From the NCBI GenBank assembly GCA_964346935.1, contig CAYFXP010000190.1:1-44645 (forward strand): DNA of 44,645 bases, in the 5' to 3' direction. Position 1 is the stretch's first letter, and each line of letters opens with the position of its first letter. A program made the position numbers and the translations under genes. The stretch comes from an uncultured Syntrophobacterales bacterium (GTDB lineage Bacteria; Desulfobacterota; BSN033; WVXP01; G020346125). Positions 1 through 8,095 of the stretch are shown here, one piece after another. The notes below the pieces were generated by a model. It did no database searches. It had not been told where the DNA came from and was given only the letters and a program-made list of their open reading frames with translations.

Positions 1-79
1 CAGAGTTTAAAATTGGGAATCCCTGGAAAACCGGAAAAACGAGCTCTGAGCGAAAGGAAGTTCGGGCAACGGTCCCTTG
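1..79 (-). repeat. Partial copy of the dispersed intergenic repeat family (arm motif CAAGGGnCnGTTGCCC ... CGCTCA), cut by the window edge
   Basis: The reverse complement of 1-79 reads CAAGGGACCGTTGCCCGAACTTCCTTTCGCTCAGAGCTCG... By eye it matches the arms at 6525-6600 (-), 33207-33280 (+), 33433-33485 (+) and 34531-34586 (-). Confidence 0.4.
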
Positions 80-132
80 ACAACTGACCCTTGGTCCGCT
101 TTATTTATTGGTGTTTGGACTGGAGGAGTTGG

Positions 133-300
133 ATGTCGATAAAGGTCGTCTTCGATGAGCCCCTGGAGGAATTCCAGCGAGATGGAGGAATCAGCTCACA
201 CGCTCTCGCCGATGGTTTAACCCGCCTCCACGAGGAAGAACCAACGACTTCGGAATTAATGGCTCAGCTGATTTACGAGGATTTCGTCAAAAACCGTTAA
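133..300 (+). CDS. Hypothetical small acidic protein (55 aa)
   Basis: ATG at 133 lies 4 nt after GGAGGAG (122-128). The ORF track lists the longer TTG-started form 91..300. No family recognised. Confidence 0.3.
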   Translation: MSIKVVFDEPLEEFQRDGGISSHALADGLTRLHEEEPTTSELMAQLIYEDFVKNR

Positions 301-437
301 GCCACAGGCATAGATTTGCCTTCCCACCGCATTCACATTCTCTCACACAGATTGGTTTGTACGCTTCGGTCTTCATTGGCACTTTCTTTCAGGAAAACTT
401 GATAATATAGCGACGCCGTCGGAGAAGCATGACGCTT

Positions 438-466
438 TTGACAACAAAAAACTATCCCGCTATCAT
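438..466 (+). promoter_or_regulatory. sigma70-like promoter TTGACA-17 nt-TATCAT upstream of the first radical SAM gene
   Basis: TTGACA at 438-443, a 17-nt spacer, then TATCAT at 461-466. It lies about 90 nt upstream of the ATG at 558. Confidence 0.5.
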
Positions 467-557
467 TACTGCCTAAGATCATGAAAGTCGAACACCGTGA
501 AATCCCCTGGCTTACGCGATCCATTCTGGCCAAGCGGTGTGCGAAACGGGTGCGGGT

Positions 558-1904
558 ATGCCCAAGGCTCTCTTGATTCACGCGACGGACCCCGATCTTG
601 AGCTCGCAGAACAGCCTCCGAAGCCCTTCCCCGTTCTCGGGGTAACGACCATAGCCTCTCTCTTTCCACGGGAATGGGAGGTATCGGTCATCGACGAAGA
701 TATCCAGCGGGTCGATCCCTTCCAGGGTGCCGACTTCGTGGGGATCTCGACCCTGACGCTAAACGCCCCTCACGCTTACAAACTCGCGGACGCTTTCAGA
801 AAGAGAGGGACCCCCGTCCTCATGGGGGGAATGCACCCCTCGGCGCTTCCTGAGGAAGCGCTCGAGCACTGCGACGCCGTCGTGGTGGGAGAGGCCGAAG
901 ACGTCTTCTCGAAGGTACTCGACGATTTTTCAAGGGGAACCATGCGCGGCATGTACCGGGGAGGGTTGGTGGACATCGCAAAGGTCCCTGGTCCAAGGCT
1001 TGATCTGTTACAACGATCTCACCGCGAGATACTCCAGCCCGTTCAAGCAACCCGTGGATGCCCTAACAATTGCGAGTTCTGTTCGGTGACACCTTTCTTC
1101 GGACACCGTTATCGCCTGCGCCCCATTTCCGCCGTCGTCGCCGAGATCGAGGCGATGCTTGAATATGGGCGCTCGGACATAATCTTCTTCGTCGATGACA
1201 ACATAGCGGGAGAGCCGGACTACGCGAAGGAGCTCTTCAAGAGCCTTATTCCCCTCAACATAAGGTGGGCCAGCTTTTCCTCGGTCGCCATGGCTGCTGA
1301 CAGAGAGGTCATGGAGCTTGCACGCAAGTCGGGCTGCATCGAGCTCTTCATAGGGTTCGAATCGATTCACCAGGAGAACCTCGACCTAGCGGGCAAGAAT
1401 TGGGTCCGCGCCGACATGATGAAGGAATACATAAGGGTCTTTCACGATCACGGAATAATCGTGGAGGGAGCCTTCATATTCGGACACGACTACGATTCCA
1501 AGGATGTGTTCAGAAAGAGCGTCGAATTTATCCAGATAACCGGAATTCAGGTTCCCGTGTTCGGGATACTCACACCGTACCCTGCCACGAGACTAAGGTC
1601 CCGGCTTGACAGGGAAGGCAGGCTTCTCCCCGAAGCTTCCGATTGGCGGCGCTATGACGCCTCGCACGTGCTCTTCAGGCCGGCGAAGATGAGCCCTGAG
1701 GAACTTGAGGAAGGTTTTCTGTGGACGAAGAAATACTGCTGCGCACCACGCTCGACCCTCATGAGGATGTTCCGCGCACCCAGGGCAAACTGGCTCATGG
1801 CCCTCGGCCTTAACTTCTCCATGCGTGGAGGCAGGATGAGGCAGATAAACCATCGCTGGCCCAAGAATATCAAAGGTCCCCTCGCCCGCCCTGCCTCTTG
1901 GTAG
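558..1904 (+). CDS. B12-binding-domain radical SAM protein (paralogue of 13143..14468)
   Basis: Radical SAM motif RGCPNNCEFCSV (CxxxCxxC). The N-terminal Rossmann-like B12-binding-type region contains ADFVGIS...VLMGGMHPS...VVVGEAE. It is collinear along its whole length with the 441-aa minus-strand protein (roughly 40-50% identity by eye). Start taken at ATG 558 (MPKALLIH) rather than GTG 537. Confidence 0.88.
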   Translation: MPKALLIHATDPDLELAEQPPKPFPVLGVTTIASLFPREWEVSVIDEDIQRVDPFQGADFVGISTLTLNAPHAYKLADAFRKRGTPVLMGGMHPSALPEEALEHCDAVVVGEAEDVFSKVLDDFSRGTMRGMYRGGLVDIAKVPGPRLDLLQRSHREILQPVQATRGCPNNCEFCSVTPFFGHRYRLRPISAVVAEIEAMLEYGRSDIIFFVDDNIAGEPDYAKELFKSLIPLNIRWASFSSVAMAADREVMELARKSGCIELFIGFESIHQENLDLAGKNWVRADMMKEYIRVFHDHGIIVEGAFIFGHDYDSKDVFRKSVEFIQITGIQVPVFGILTPYPATRLRSRLDREGRLLPEASDWRRYDASHVLFRPAKMSPEELEEGFLWTKKYCCAPRSTLMRMFRAPRANWLMALGLNFSMRGGRMRQINHRWPKNIKGPLARPASW

Positions 1905-1936
1905 AGGGGCATACGAGGCGATCTCGCCTATCGCCG

Positions 1937-2605
1937 TTAGACCCTGTCCTTGAAGTCGTTTTTCCCCTCCCATTCACATTCTTCATAGACTGGACAAAGT
2001 GCACATCTCGGTCCCCTCGCCTTGCAGATCTCCCGGCCGAATTCGAAGAGGGCCAGATGGACCCTTCGCCTCTTTCCCCGGGGAATAACGGCTTCGTAAG
2101 CAGATCGTATCTCCTCATAACCGGCATTTCCCCTGACCATCTTCCACCGCTTGGCGATCCGGCTGATATGCGTGTCCACTGCGAAACTTCCCCTTTCGTA
2201 CACTAGCGATAAGAACACATCGGCGGTCTTGAATCCTACCCCGGGGATTCCGAGCAACTTCTTCCTGGCCTTATCTACGGGCAGACGGGCGAGTTTATCG
2301 AGATCCCCCCCATATTCCTCCAGGATAATTCGAGCGATCTCCCTGATCCTGGGGGCCTTTGTATTATAGAGGCCCGATGGCTTGATACAGTCCTTGATCT
2401 CCTCCACCTCCGCCCCGGCCAAAACCTCCGGGGTAATACGAAATCTCCTCCTCAGGTTTTCGAACCCCCTTATCCTTGCCTCCCGGGAGGTGTTCTGTGA
2501 AAGGATGGTGGAAACCAATCCCTCGAAGGGCGTTAGCTCCCTATGCCACCTCCTTCTGGGAAGAAATTCGAGAATCCTATCGATCCTGTCGGGAATCGAT
2601 CTCAT
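1937..2605 (-). CDS. nth: Endonuclease III-type DNA glycosylase/lyase (HhH-GPD with an Fe-S cluster loop)
   Basis: HhH motif LLGIPGVGFKTADVFL, catalytic-Asp context AVDTHISRIAKR, and C-terminal C-x6-C-x2-C-x5-C (CKARGPRCALCPVYEEC). The ORF track extends it to 2707, which would overlap the upstream gene by 80 nt. ATG 2605 gives a typical ~222-aa Nth, but the start is uncertain. Confidence 0.8.
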   Translation of the reverse strand: MRSIPDRIDRILEFLPRRRWHRELTPFEGLVSTILSQNTSREARIRGFENLRRRFRITPEVLAGAEVEEIKDCIKPSGLYNTKAPRIREIARIILEEYGGDLDKLARLPVDKARKKLLGIPGVGFKTADVFLSLVYERGSFAVDTHISRIAKRWKMVRGNAGYEEIRSAYEAVIPRGKRRRVHLALFEFGREICKARGPRCALCPVYEECEWEGKNDFKDRV

Positions 2606-2627
2606 GGCATAGAAAGCATATCGGAGA

Positions 2628-3326
2628 TCAACGTGACCGAAATCGCTCAAGAAACTCCATGACCTCTCCCTCGGAGAGGTCATGCCATTCGTCGTAGGCA
2701 TCGGCAACCGCGAAATAGAAACCCCGTCGGATGTTCAGGCAAAGGATTTCATCCACCGAGTCTGAAATGAACTGAATGGAGCTCTCCGGCGCTGTAGGGA
2801 TAGCCACCACAACTCGCCTCGGTTTCCTCTTCTTGACGAAGTTGATAGATGCCATCATGGTATACCCGGAGGCCAAACCATCGTCCACCAAGATGGTAAT
2901 CTTCCCCCCAAGATCGGGAAAGGGACGTTCACCGCGGAACACCGCATTCCTTCGCTGGATTTCCTTCATTACCGGGATGCTGAGCTCTCGTATCTCCTCT
3001 CCGGTGAGATGAAGCTCCCTCACCAGGGGCTTGTTGAGGAAGAGGGTCCCCTCGAAGGAGAGGGCGCCAAATCCGGCCTCCGGATTGCCGGGAATGGGGA
3101 TCTTTCGGGAAATCACGAGATCAACGGGAAGCTCCAGATGTTGAGCAATCGTTAGCCCGATGGGGATGCCACCCGAGGGAATGGCAAGGACGATCCCATT
3201 TTTTTCCTCATATTTTTCGAGTCGCCGCGCAAGATGATCCCCAGCCTCCATCCGATCCCTGAACACGTGGGTCTTGTTCCTGAGGGATTTCTCCTCGATG
3301 ATTTCAGCGGCCATGGCCTCTCCCAA
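2628..3326 (-). CDS. Predicted phosphoribosyltransferase (type I PRTase fold)
   Basis: PRPP-binding motif ILVDDGLASGYTMMASI, plus an N-terminal LAIPSGGIPIG segment typical of the stand-alone predicted-PRTase family. Confidence 0.8.
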   Translation of the reverse strand: MGEAMAAEIIEEKSLRNKTHVFRDRMEAGDHLARRLEKYEEKNGIVLAIPSGGIPIGLTIAQHLELPVDLVISRKIPIPGNPEAGFGALSFEGTLFLNKPLVRELHLTGEEIRELSIPVMKEIQRRNAVFRGERPFPDLGGKITILVDDGLASGYTMMASINFVKKRKPRRVVVAIPTAPESSIQFISDSVDEILCLNIRRGFYFAVADAYDEWHDLSEGEVMEFLERFRSR

Positions 3327-3479
3327 TTTCCCCTTTGTCTTAATCTAGGGAAACGGCGGCAAAGAAGTCAATGCCGGGGTTGCAAAAACTTCGGTCCCCT
3401 TGTTATGCTTCATGCTAATAACACTGTTTGCTCATCCCTTTTATCTGGTCAATCTCCTCGTTAAGGAGGGCAACCTGCC

Positions 3480-4001
3480 ATGATCTTATTAAAGCTTATC
3501 GCTAAGATCTTCCGCATCTTGAACGCCGAGGCGACGCCGAAGCAGATCGCCGGGGGAGTCATGTTGGGCATGATCATAGGGTTAACGCCTACGTTCAGCC
3601 TCCACAACATCGTTTTGGTCTTCCTCATCCTGGTCATCAAGGTGAACATTACCTCGGCCATTTTGTCCATGTTCGCCTTCGACTTGATCGGCTATGCGGT
3701 GGATCCCCTTTCCGACTGGCTTGGCTATACGATCCTCACCTCCGCTGTGCTCAGGCCGCTCTGGATCGAGGCGTACAATGCCGCGATCATTCCCTTTACC
3801 CGGTTCAACAATACCATCGTCATGGGAAGCTTCGTCATTTCCCTCATGCTTCTCTACCCGATATTTCGCCTTGCTATCTACGGCGTTGACAGGTACCGCG
3901 CCGATATAGCGGCCAAATTCCAACAGTGGAGGATCGTCAAGGCTGTTAAGATGAGCAGTTTTTATAGATACTACCAAAGCTATAAGGGCATCACGGGATA
4001 G
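3480..4001 (+). CDS. Small polytopic membrane protein, TIGR03546/DUF2062-like
   Basis: AAGGAGGG RBS at 3463-3470. Hydrophobic segments GGVMLGMIIGLTPTFSLHNIVLVFLILVI. The family name comes from my memory of the conserved TIGR03546/TIGR03545 gene pair. Confidence 0.8.
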   Translation: MILLKLIAKIFRILNAEATPKQIAGGVMLGMIIGLTPTFSLHNIVLVFLILVIKVNITSAILSMFAFDLIGYAVDPLSDWLGYTILTSAVLRPLWIEAYNAAIIPFTRFNNTIVMGSFVISLMLLYPIFRLAIYGVDRYRADIAAKFQQWRIVKAVKMSSFYRYYQSYKGITG

Positions 4002-4010
4002 GAGGAAAAG

Positions 4011-5837
4011 ATGCGTTGGAAATTCGTCATACCATCCTTAGTCTTCATTCTCATCATCGTTGCCTTCGTGGCCTTCTTCCTCGATGGCATCGTCGAGTCC
4101 ATCGTGGAGGAGAAGGCGAGCCTTCTCAATAAGGCGAAGGTGGAAATCGCAGACCTCGATCTCCGCTTTTTGCGGCCGGGCGTGAGGATTCGGGGATTGG
4201 CCGTGGCCAATGCCGATAATCCCTGGAGGAATATCGTTGAAATGGGGGATATCGCGATCTCGGTCTCCGTCCTTCCCCTCTTCTCCAAGAGGGTTGTCAT
4301 CGACGAGATGGTAATGGAGGGCTTACAGCTGAACACGAAACGGAAAACATCGGGGGAGTTGCCCCGGCGCCTGAAAAAGAGGTTGAAAACGGAGGAGAGG
4401 GAGGAGAAGCCGGCCGAGGTTCCCTGCATGAAATTACCCAACCTCGAGGTCTTCAAGAAGAGGTTCGATGTCGAGGAGTTAGTCGATATCAACCGGCTGG
4501 AATCGGTGAGGAGGGCCAAACAACTGGGCGAAGATGTCTCCCAGTGGAAGTCCAGGTGGGAATCGGAACTCAAGGATCTTGACGTGGAGCCGAAGCTGGA
4601 TGAGATTATTACCAAGGCCCAGGGTAGCCTTGAATCCCTCCAGAAGACAGAGGTCAAGGGTCCCGCCGATCTGCTGAAACTGCAGAGCGATCTTAAGAAC
4701 CTCCGGGAGGCAACTGATGCCCTTAAAGGCCTAAGAAAAGATATCGAGGCAAAAAAGGCCGCCTTCAAAAGGCAGGTGGCGACGCTGGAAAAGTCGCTCA
4801 AGGACGAAATAAAGAAGCTAAAAGAGATGGACCTGCAGGACATTCTTAAGGATTTGGGCCTTGAAAGGATTACAAAGGTTCGTTTGGCTGAAGCATTCCT
4901 CTGTCCCTTCCTGGGTAAGACCCTGAACTCCATCTGGAACCATGCCGACAAGATTCGTAAGTTCATGCCCAACAGGGGAAAGGACGAACCGGTCCAAACG
5001 AGGATACGGGCCGAGGGCCGCGACATTTTATTCCCGGTCATCGAGAAGGGCCCTGATTTCCTCTTGAGGGAAGCGAGGCTTTCCATGGAGCAGGAAAAAT
5101 GGTCGCTCAAGGGCATTATCCAAGGGGTCACTTCCGATCCCATATCCTACGGGAAGCCCACGCGGGTCGACGTAAAGGGCAAACGCCCTCAGCTCGCCCT
5201 CAATGCCATTTTGGATCACACCGGCAAGACGCCCGTCGACACCGTATCTCTCGACCTGGCGGGGCACCCGTTGGAAGGGTTCACGTTCTCCGAGAACCCC
5301 CTGTCGCTATCAAGCATCGCGAGAGGGTTTTTGGATCTCAGCGCAAATCTGGTGCTGAAAGGAAATTCCATCGACCTTAAGACCAGGGGCACGGTGAAAA
5401 ATCTCGTTCTCAATTTCTCCGAGGAAGGGCGGGAGAATCTCATGGTAAACATGGTGAAGGAGGCCATGAGGGCGGTTCCCTCCTTCAGCATGGGCCTGGC
5501 GGCCAAGGGGACGAGGGAAAGTCCTCAAATGTCCATCTCTTCCGACATCGACCGACTCTTTGCCCGGCAGTTGAAGCGATTTGCGGGTAAAAAGATAGAT
5601 GAATTGAAGGCCTCCCTTGGGATGCAGATCGATAGGGCTTCGGGAACGGATATCAAGGGGTTTTCCGACGCCCTCGCCCGGGGTAAACTGGATATACTCA
5701 ACCAGCTCGGATCGGATGAATCGCTGGTTCAGGAGAAAATCGATTCTCTGACTGGTATTGTAGCGACGAAAACGCGCAAGAGAAGGCCGGCCAAAAAAGG
5801 CCTCGAGGGGATCTTGCCGGGCTTAATCAAACAATAG
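4011..5837 (+). CDS. Large N-terminally anchored protein with a K/E-rich coiled-coil centre, TIGR03545-like
   Basis: RBS AGGAGGAAAAG directly upstream, one N-terminal TM helix (FVIPSLVFILIIVAFVAFFL), and a long charged heptad-like middle region. It is always paired with the preceding small membrane gene in my recollection of this family. Confidence 0.8.
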   Translation: MRWKFVIPSLVFILIIVAFVAFFLDGIVESIVEEKASLLNKAKVEIADLDLRFLRPGVRIRGLAVANADNPWRNIVEMGDIAISVSVLPLFSKRVVIDEMVMEGLQLNTKRKTSGELPRRLKKRLKTEEREEKPAEVPCMKLPNLEVFKKRFDVEELVDINRLESVRRAKQLGEDVSQWKSRWESELKDLDVEPKLDEIITKAQGSLESLQKTEVKGPADLLKLQSDLKNLREATDALKGLRKDIEAKKAAFKRQVATLEKSLKDEIKKLKEMDLQDILKDLGLERITKVRLAEAFLCPFLGKTLNSIWNHADKIRKFMPNRGKDEPVQTRIRAEGRDILFPVIEKGPDFLLREARLSMEQEKWSLKGIIQGVTSDPISYGKPTRVDVKGKRPQLALNAILDHTGKTPVDTVSLDLAGHPLEGFTFSENPLSLSSIARGFLDLSANLVLKGNSIDLKTRGTVKNLVLNFSEEGRENLMVNMVKEAMRAVPSFSMGLAAKGTRESPQMSISSDIDRLFARQLKRFAGKKIDELKASLGMQIDRASGTDIKGFSDALARGKLDILNQLGSDESLVQEKIDSLTGIVATKTRKRRPAKKGLEGILPGLIKQ

Positions 5838-5852
5838 GATCCGGGAAAAGAC

Positions 5853-5888
5853 AAAGGGCCGTATGGGAATAACCCCATCTGGCCCTTT
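5853..5888. terminator. Bidirectional intrinsic-terminator-like hairpin between convergent genes
   Basis: AAAGGGCC-GT-ATGGG / loop AATAAC / CCCAT-CT-GGCCCTTT. It is followed by T-rich sequence on both strands (CTTTTG on plus, GTCTTTTCC on minus). Confidence 0.6.
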
Positions 5889-5913
5889 TGCGCCATAAGG
5901 ATTTAGCCAAGAC

Positions 5914-6288
5914 TTACTTCTTGGGATGACATTTCGTGCAAATGGTCGGACCCGTCGCCTTGCCCGCCTTTTTCATATCGCGGTGACAATTCTTACAATT
6001 GGTGTGGAAGGCCTTATAGGCGGTAACCTTGGAATCCGTGGTGTGGCAATCCACGCACTTCTTGACCTTTTCACCCTTCTTCCATTTGTGATGGCACACC
6101 TTGCAGTCCTTCAGCGTGTCGGCATGCTTTTTGTGGGTGAACTGAATTCCCTTGTACCTATCGCTCTTGTGATGCTGCGGATGATCGATGGTGAATACAT
6201 CCGCCTGACCAAAGGCGCCCTGCAAAACGAGCAAGGATCCGAAGAATAGAATTGCGGCAACAATAGAAACGAGCTTTCTGTCCATCAA
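5914..6288 (-). CDS. Tetraheme cytochrome c3-family protein with a signal peptide
   Basis: Four CxxCH motifs (CKVCHH, CVDCH, CKNCH, CTKCH) in about 100 mature residues. N-terminal signal LVSIVAAILFFGSLLVLQGAFG. RBS AAAGGAGG upstream. Confidence 0.9.
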   Translation of the reverse strand: MMDRKLVSIVAAILFFGSLLVLQGAFGQADVFTIDHPQHHKSDRYKGIQFTHKKHADTLKDCKVCHHKWKKGEKVKKCVDCHTTDSKVTAYKAFHTNCKNCHRDMKKAGKATGPTICTKCHPKK

Positions 6289-6330
6289 ACCCTAACCTCC
6301 TTTCTGCCTTTCTTCGCAAACATCGGCCAC

Positions 6331-6358
6331 ATCATATCAAAAAAACCCCCTTTGTCAA
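6331..6358 (-). promoter_or_regulatory. sigma70-like promoter TTGACA-16 nt-TATGAT for the cytochrome c3 gene
   Basis: The minus strand reads TTGACA (6358-6353), a 16-nt spacer, then TATGAT (6336-6331). This is about 40 nt upstream of the start at 6288. The same DNA can also fold as CCCCTT/AAGGGG plus a T-run. Confidence 0.45.
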
Positions 6359-6383
6359 GGGGAAAAATGGGGGTCATGTGTTG

Positions 6384-6600
6384 ACAGGCTGTTGCCCATA
6401 TCCCTGGAGCGAACAATAAAGAATTTTTGGTAACCATTCTTAGTCAAGCGAAACGGTCGCAAATCCAGTTATCTGAGCCCATAGGGCGCGGTATGGGAAC
6501 GAAGTAGCGCCGAACAGGCGCTCTTTGCAGTGAAGCGAACATTAGAATGGTCAAAAATTATTTTCGGTGAGCGGAATGGGTTTTGGGCAACAGCCCCTTG
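6384..6600. repeat. MITE-like palindromic element with two imperfect inverted arms
   Basis: The left arm (plus strand) starts GGCTGTTGCCCATATCC...GAATTTTTGGTAACCATTCTTAG. The right arm (reverse complement from 6596) starts GGCTGTTGCCCAAAACC...AATAATTTTTGACCATTCTAATG. The interior contains GCCC-TATG-GGC and GGGCTCAGATAACTGGATTTGCGACCGTTTCGCTT, both shared with 33290-33335. Confidence 0.6.
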
Positions 6601-7616
6601 ACCCCCCAGTTATGTGATTGGATGATTTCGCCATCGGGGGTGACGACTAAGGCTTCAACTCCATCCATCGCTTCGATAAGATGCAATCCCTTCTCGGGAC
6701 CCATCACAAAGACGGCAGTGGCGAGCGCGTCGGCGCTGAGGGCGTCCTTGGCAAGGATGGTCACGCTCCGACACTGGCGGGCTGGAAACCCCGTAAAAGG
6801 ATTGAGCAGGTGGTGATATCGTATCCCATCCACCTCGAAATAGCGCTCGTAATCCCCGGAGGTCGCGATGGAAATTTCCGAGGCTTCAAAGGTGGCCAGG
6901 ATTCGAGAACGGTCTCTCGGATCCTGAATTCCGATGATCCAAGGGCCATTTGGCTTCCTTCCCCCCACTCGCATGTCTCCCCCGGCATTGATGATCATAT
7001 TCCCGTATCCCCTTGCCCTGAGCACCTCGTAGGCGCGATCCACGGCGTACCCCTTGGCAATTCCGCCCAGGTCGATCCGCATCCCCTTGCTCTCAAACTG
7101 AACGGTTGTGGCCTGCTCATCTACAACGACTGCCCCATATCCTACTGACCGGAGCGATTTTTCCACCTCAGCTTTAGCGGGAACACGGCTTCCGCTGTCC
7201 TCAAACCCCCATAGGTCCAAAAGGACCCCGATGGATATATCAAAATACCCCCCCGATGCCCTCGAGATCTCCTTCGCCTTTCCAATCACCTTCAGCACCT
7301 CACGCGAAACCTTTACCGGTTTGACCCCCGTCCATCCGTTAATCCTCGAGACATCGCTTGTGGGAATTCTCCTGCTCATCAAATTCTCTATCCGCTCCAT
7401 TTCGGCAAAGGCGCCGTCGATAGCCGCTGCGGCCCTATCCTCATCCCTCCCAATGACGGAGATTTCCACTAGTGTCCCCATCAAAATTCGGTGCCTCTTG
7501 ACGATGCGGGGGGATCGCCGCTGACAGGACGGGAGAAGGAGGGATAGGATCGCGAGGATAAGAATCGCCCTGAATCGAATGGACTCGATGAACATCGATT
7601 TCATCCCCCAATCCAA
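6558..7616 (-). CDS. apbE: FAD:protein FMN transferase (ApbE family), probable lipoprotein
   Basis: ApbE-like core (RILMGTLVEISV..., DLGGIAKGYAVDRA, ATSGDYERYF..HHLLNP) and a lipobox-like LLLPSC near the N-terminus. The last ~14 codons lie inside the repeat at 6384-6600. Confidence 0.88.
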   Translation of the reverse strand: MDWGMKSMFIESIRFRAILILAILSLLLPSCQRRSPRIVKRHRILMGTLVEISVIGRDEDRAAAAIDGAFAEMERIENLMSRRIPTSDVSRINGWTGVKPVKVSREVLKVIGKAKEISRASGGYFDISIGVLLDLWGFEDSGSRVPAKAEVEKSLRSVGYGAVVVDEQATTVQFESKGMRIDLGGIAKGYAVDRAYEVLRARGYGNMIINAGGDMRVGGRKPNGPWIIGIQDPRDRSRILATFEASEISIATSGDYERYFEVDGIRYHHLLNPFTGFPARQCRSVTILAKDALSADALATAVFVMGPEKGLHLIEAMDGVEALVVTPDGEIIQSHNWGVKGLLPKTHSAHRK

Positions 7617-7640
7617 ACGGAGATAATACGATCGCCCTCT

Positions 7641-8087
7641 TTACGGACCCTTGGCCAGGACGATCTTACCCTGGGCCACCACGGTTTCGTTTACCTTTGC
7701 CTCCACCTTCACCATGGCCAAGGACTCGAAGACGCGAAGGACTTCTGCATGAAGCCGTAGCTGATCACCCGGCGAGACGGCCGATCGAAAGCTCATGTCC
7801 TCGATCTTGGCCAGTATGGGCAACCGAAAGCCCCCTGCCTCGTCGGGGTTCTCCTCACCAGAGGCGAAGGCCAGCCCACCTGTTTGGGCCAAGGCCTCGG
7901 CAATGAGCACACCGGGCATGACCGGAATACCGGGGAAATGGCCCCGAAAGAAGGGCTCATCAATAGTCACATTCTTTATGGCCGTGGCCGCCTTGCCAGG
8001 CTCGAGGTGAACCAGCCGATCGATCATCAAGAAGGGATACCGATGGGGTAGATGCCTCATGATTTCATCGATGTTCATGGCTGGCAT
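7641..8087 (-). CDS. fabZ: 3-hydroxyacyl-ACP dehydratase FabZ
   Basis: [34 protein letters not shown] (catalytic His and Glu contexts). Start taken at ATG 8087 (MPAMNIDEI) after GAGAAAGGA. The 221-aa track ORF adds a non-homologous extension that overlaps the upstream gene. Confidence 0.9.
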   Translation of the reverse strand: MPAMNIDEIMRHLPHRYPFLMIDRLVHLEPGKAATAIKNVTIDEPFFRGHFPGIPVMPGVLIAEALAQTGGLAFASGEENPDEAGGFRLPILAKIEDMSFRSAVSPGDQLRLHAEVLRVFESLAMVKVEAKVNETVVAQGKIVLAKGP

Positions 8088-8095
8088 TCCTTTCT

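Noticed and set aside
2606-2707. Extension of the endonuclease III ORF overlapping the phosphoribosyltransferase gene by 80 nt
   Set aside because: The overlap is unusually long. ATG 2605 yields a canonical-length Nth starting just after the upstream stop. This is kept as uncertain rather than excluded.
3980-5143. 387-aa minus-strand ORF antisense to the TIGR03545-like gene
   Set aside because: It is a low-complexity S/L/R-rich translation that mirrors the K/E-rich coiled-coil codons on the plus strand. It has no RBS or recognisable family, and it lies fully inside a well-supported gene.
6339-6362. CCCCTT-GACA-AAGGGG hairpin plus T7 run on the minus strand, read as an intrinsic terminator after apbE
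   Set aside because: The stem is only 6 bp. The same bases form a near-consensus TTGACA-16-TATGAT promoter correctly placed for the cytochrome c3 gene. I list it as a promoter, but a dual role cannot be excluded.
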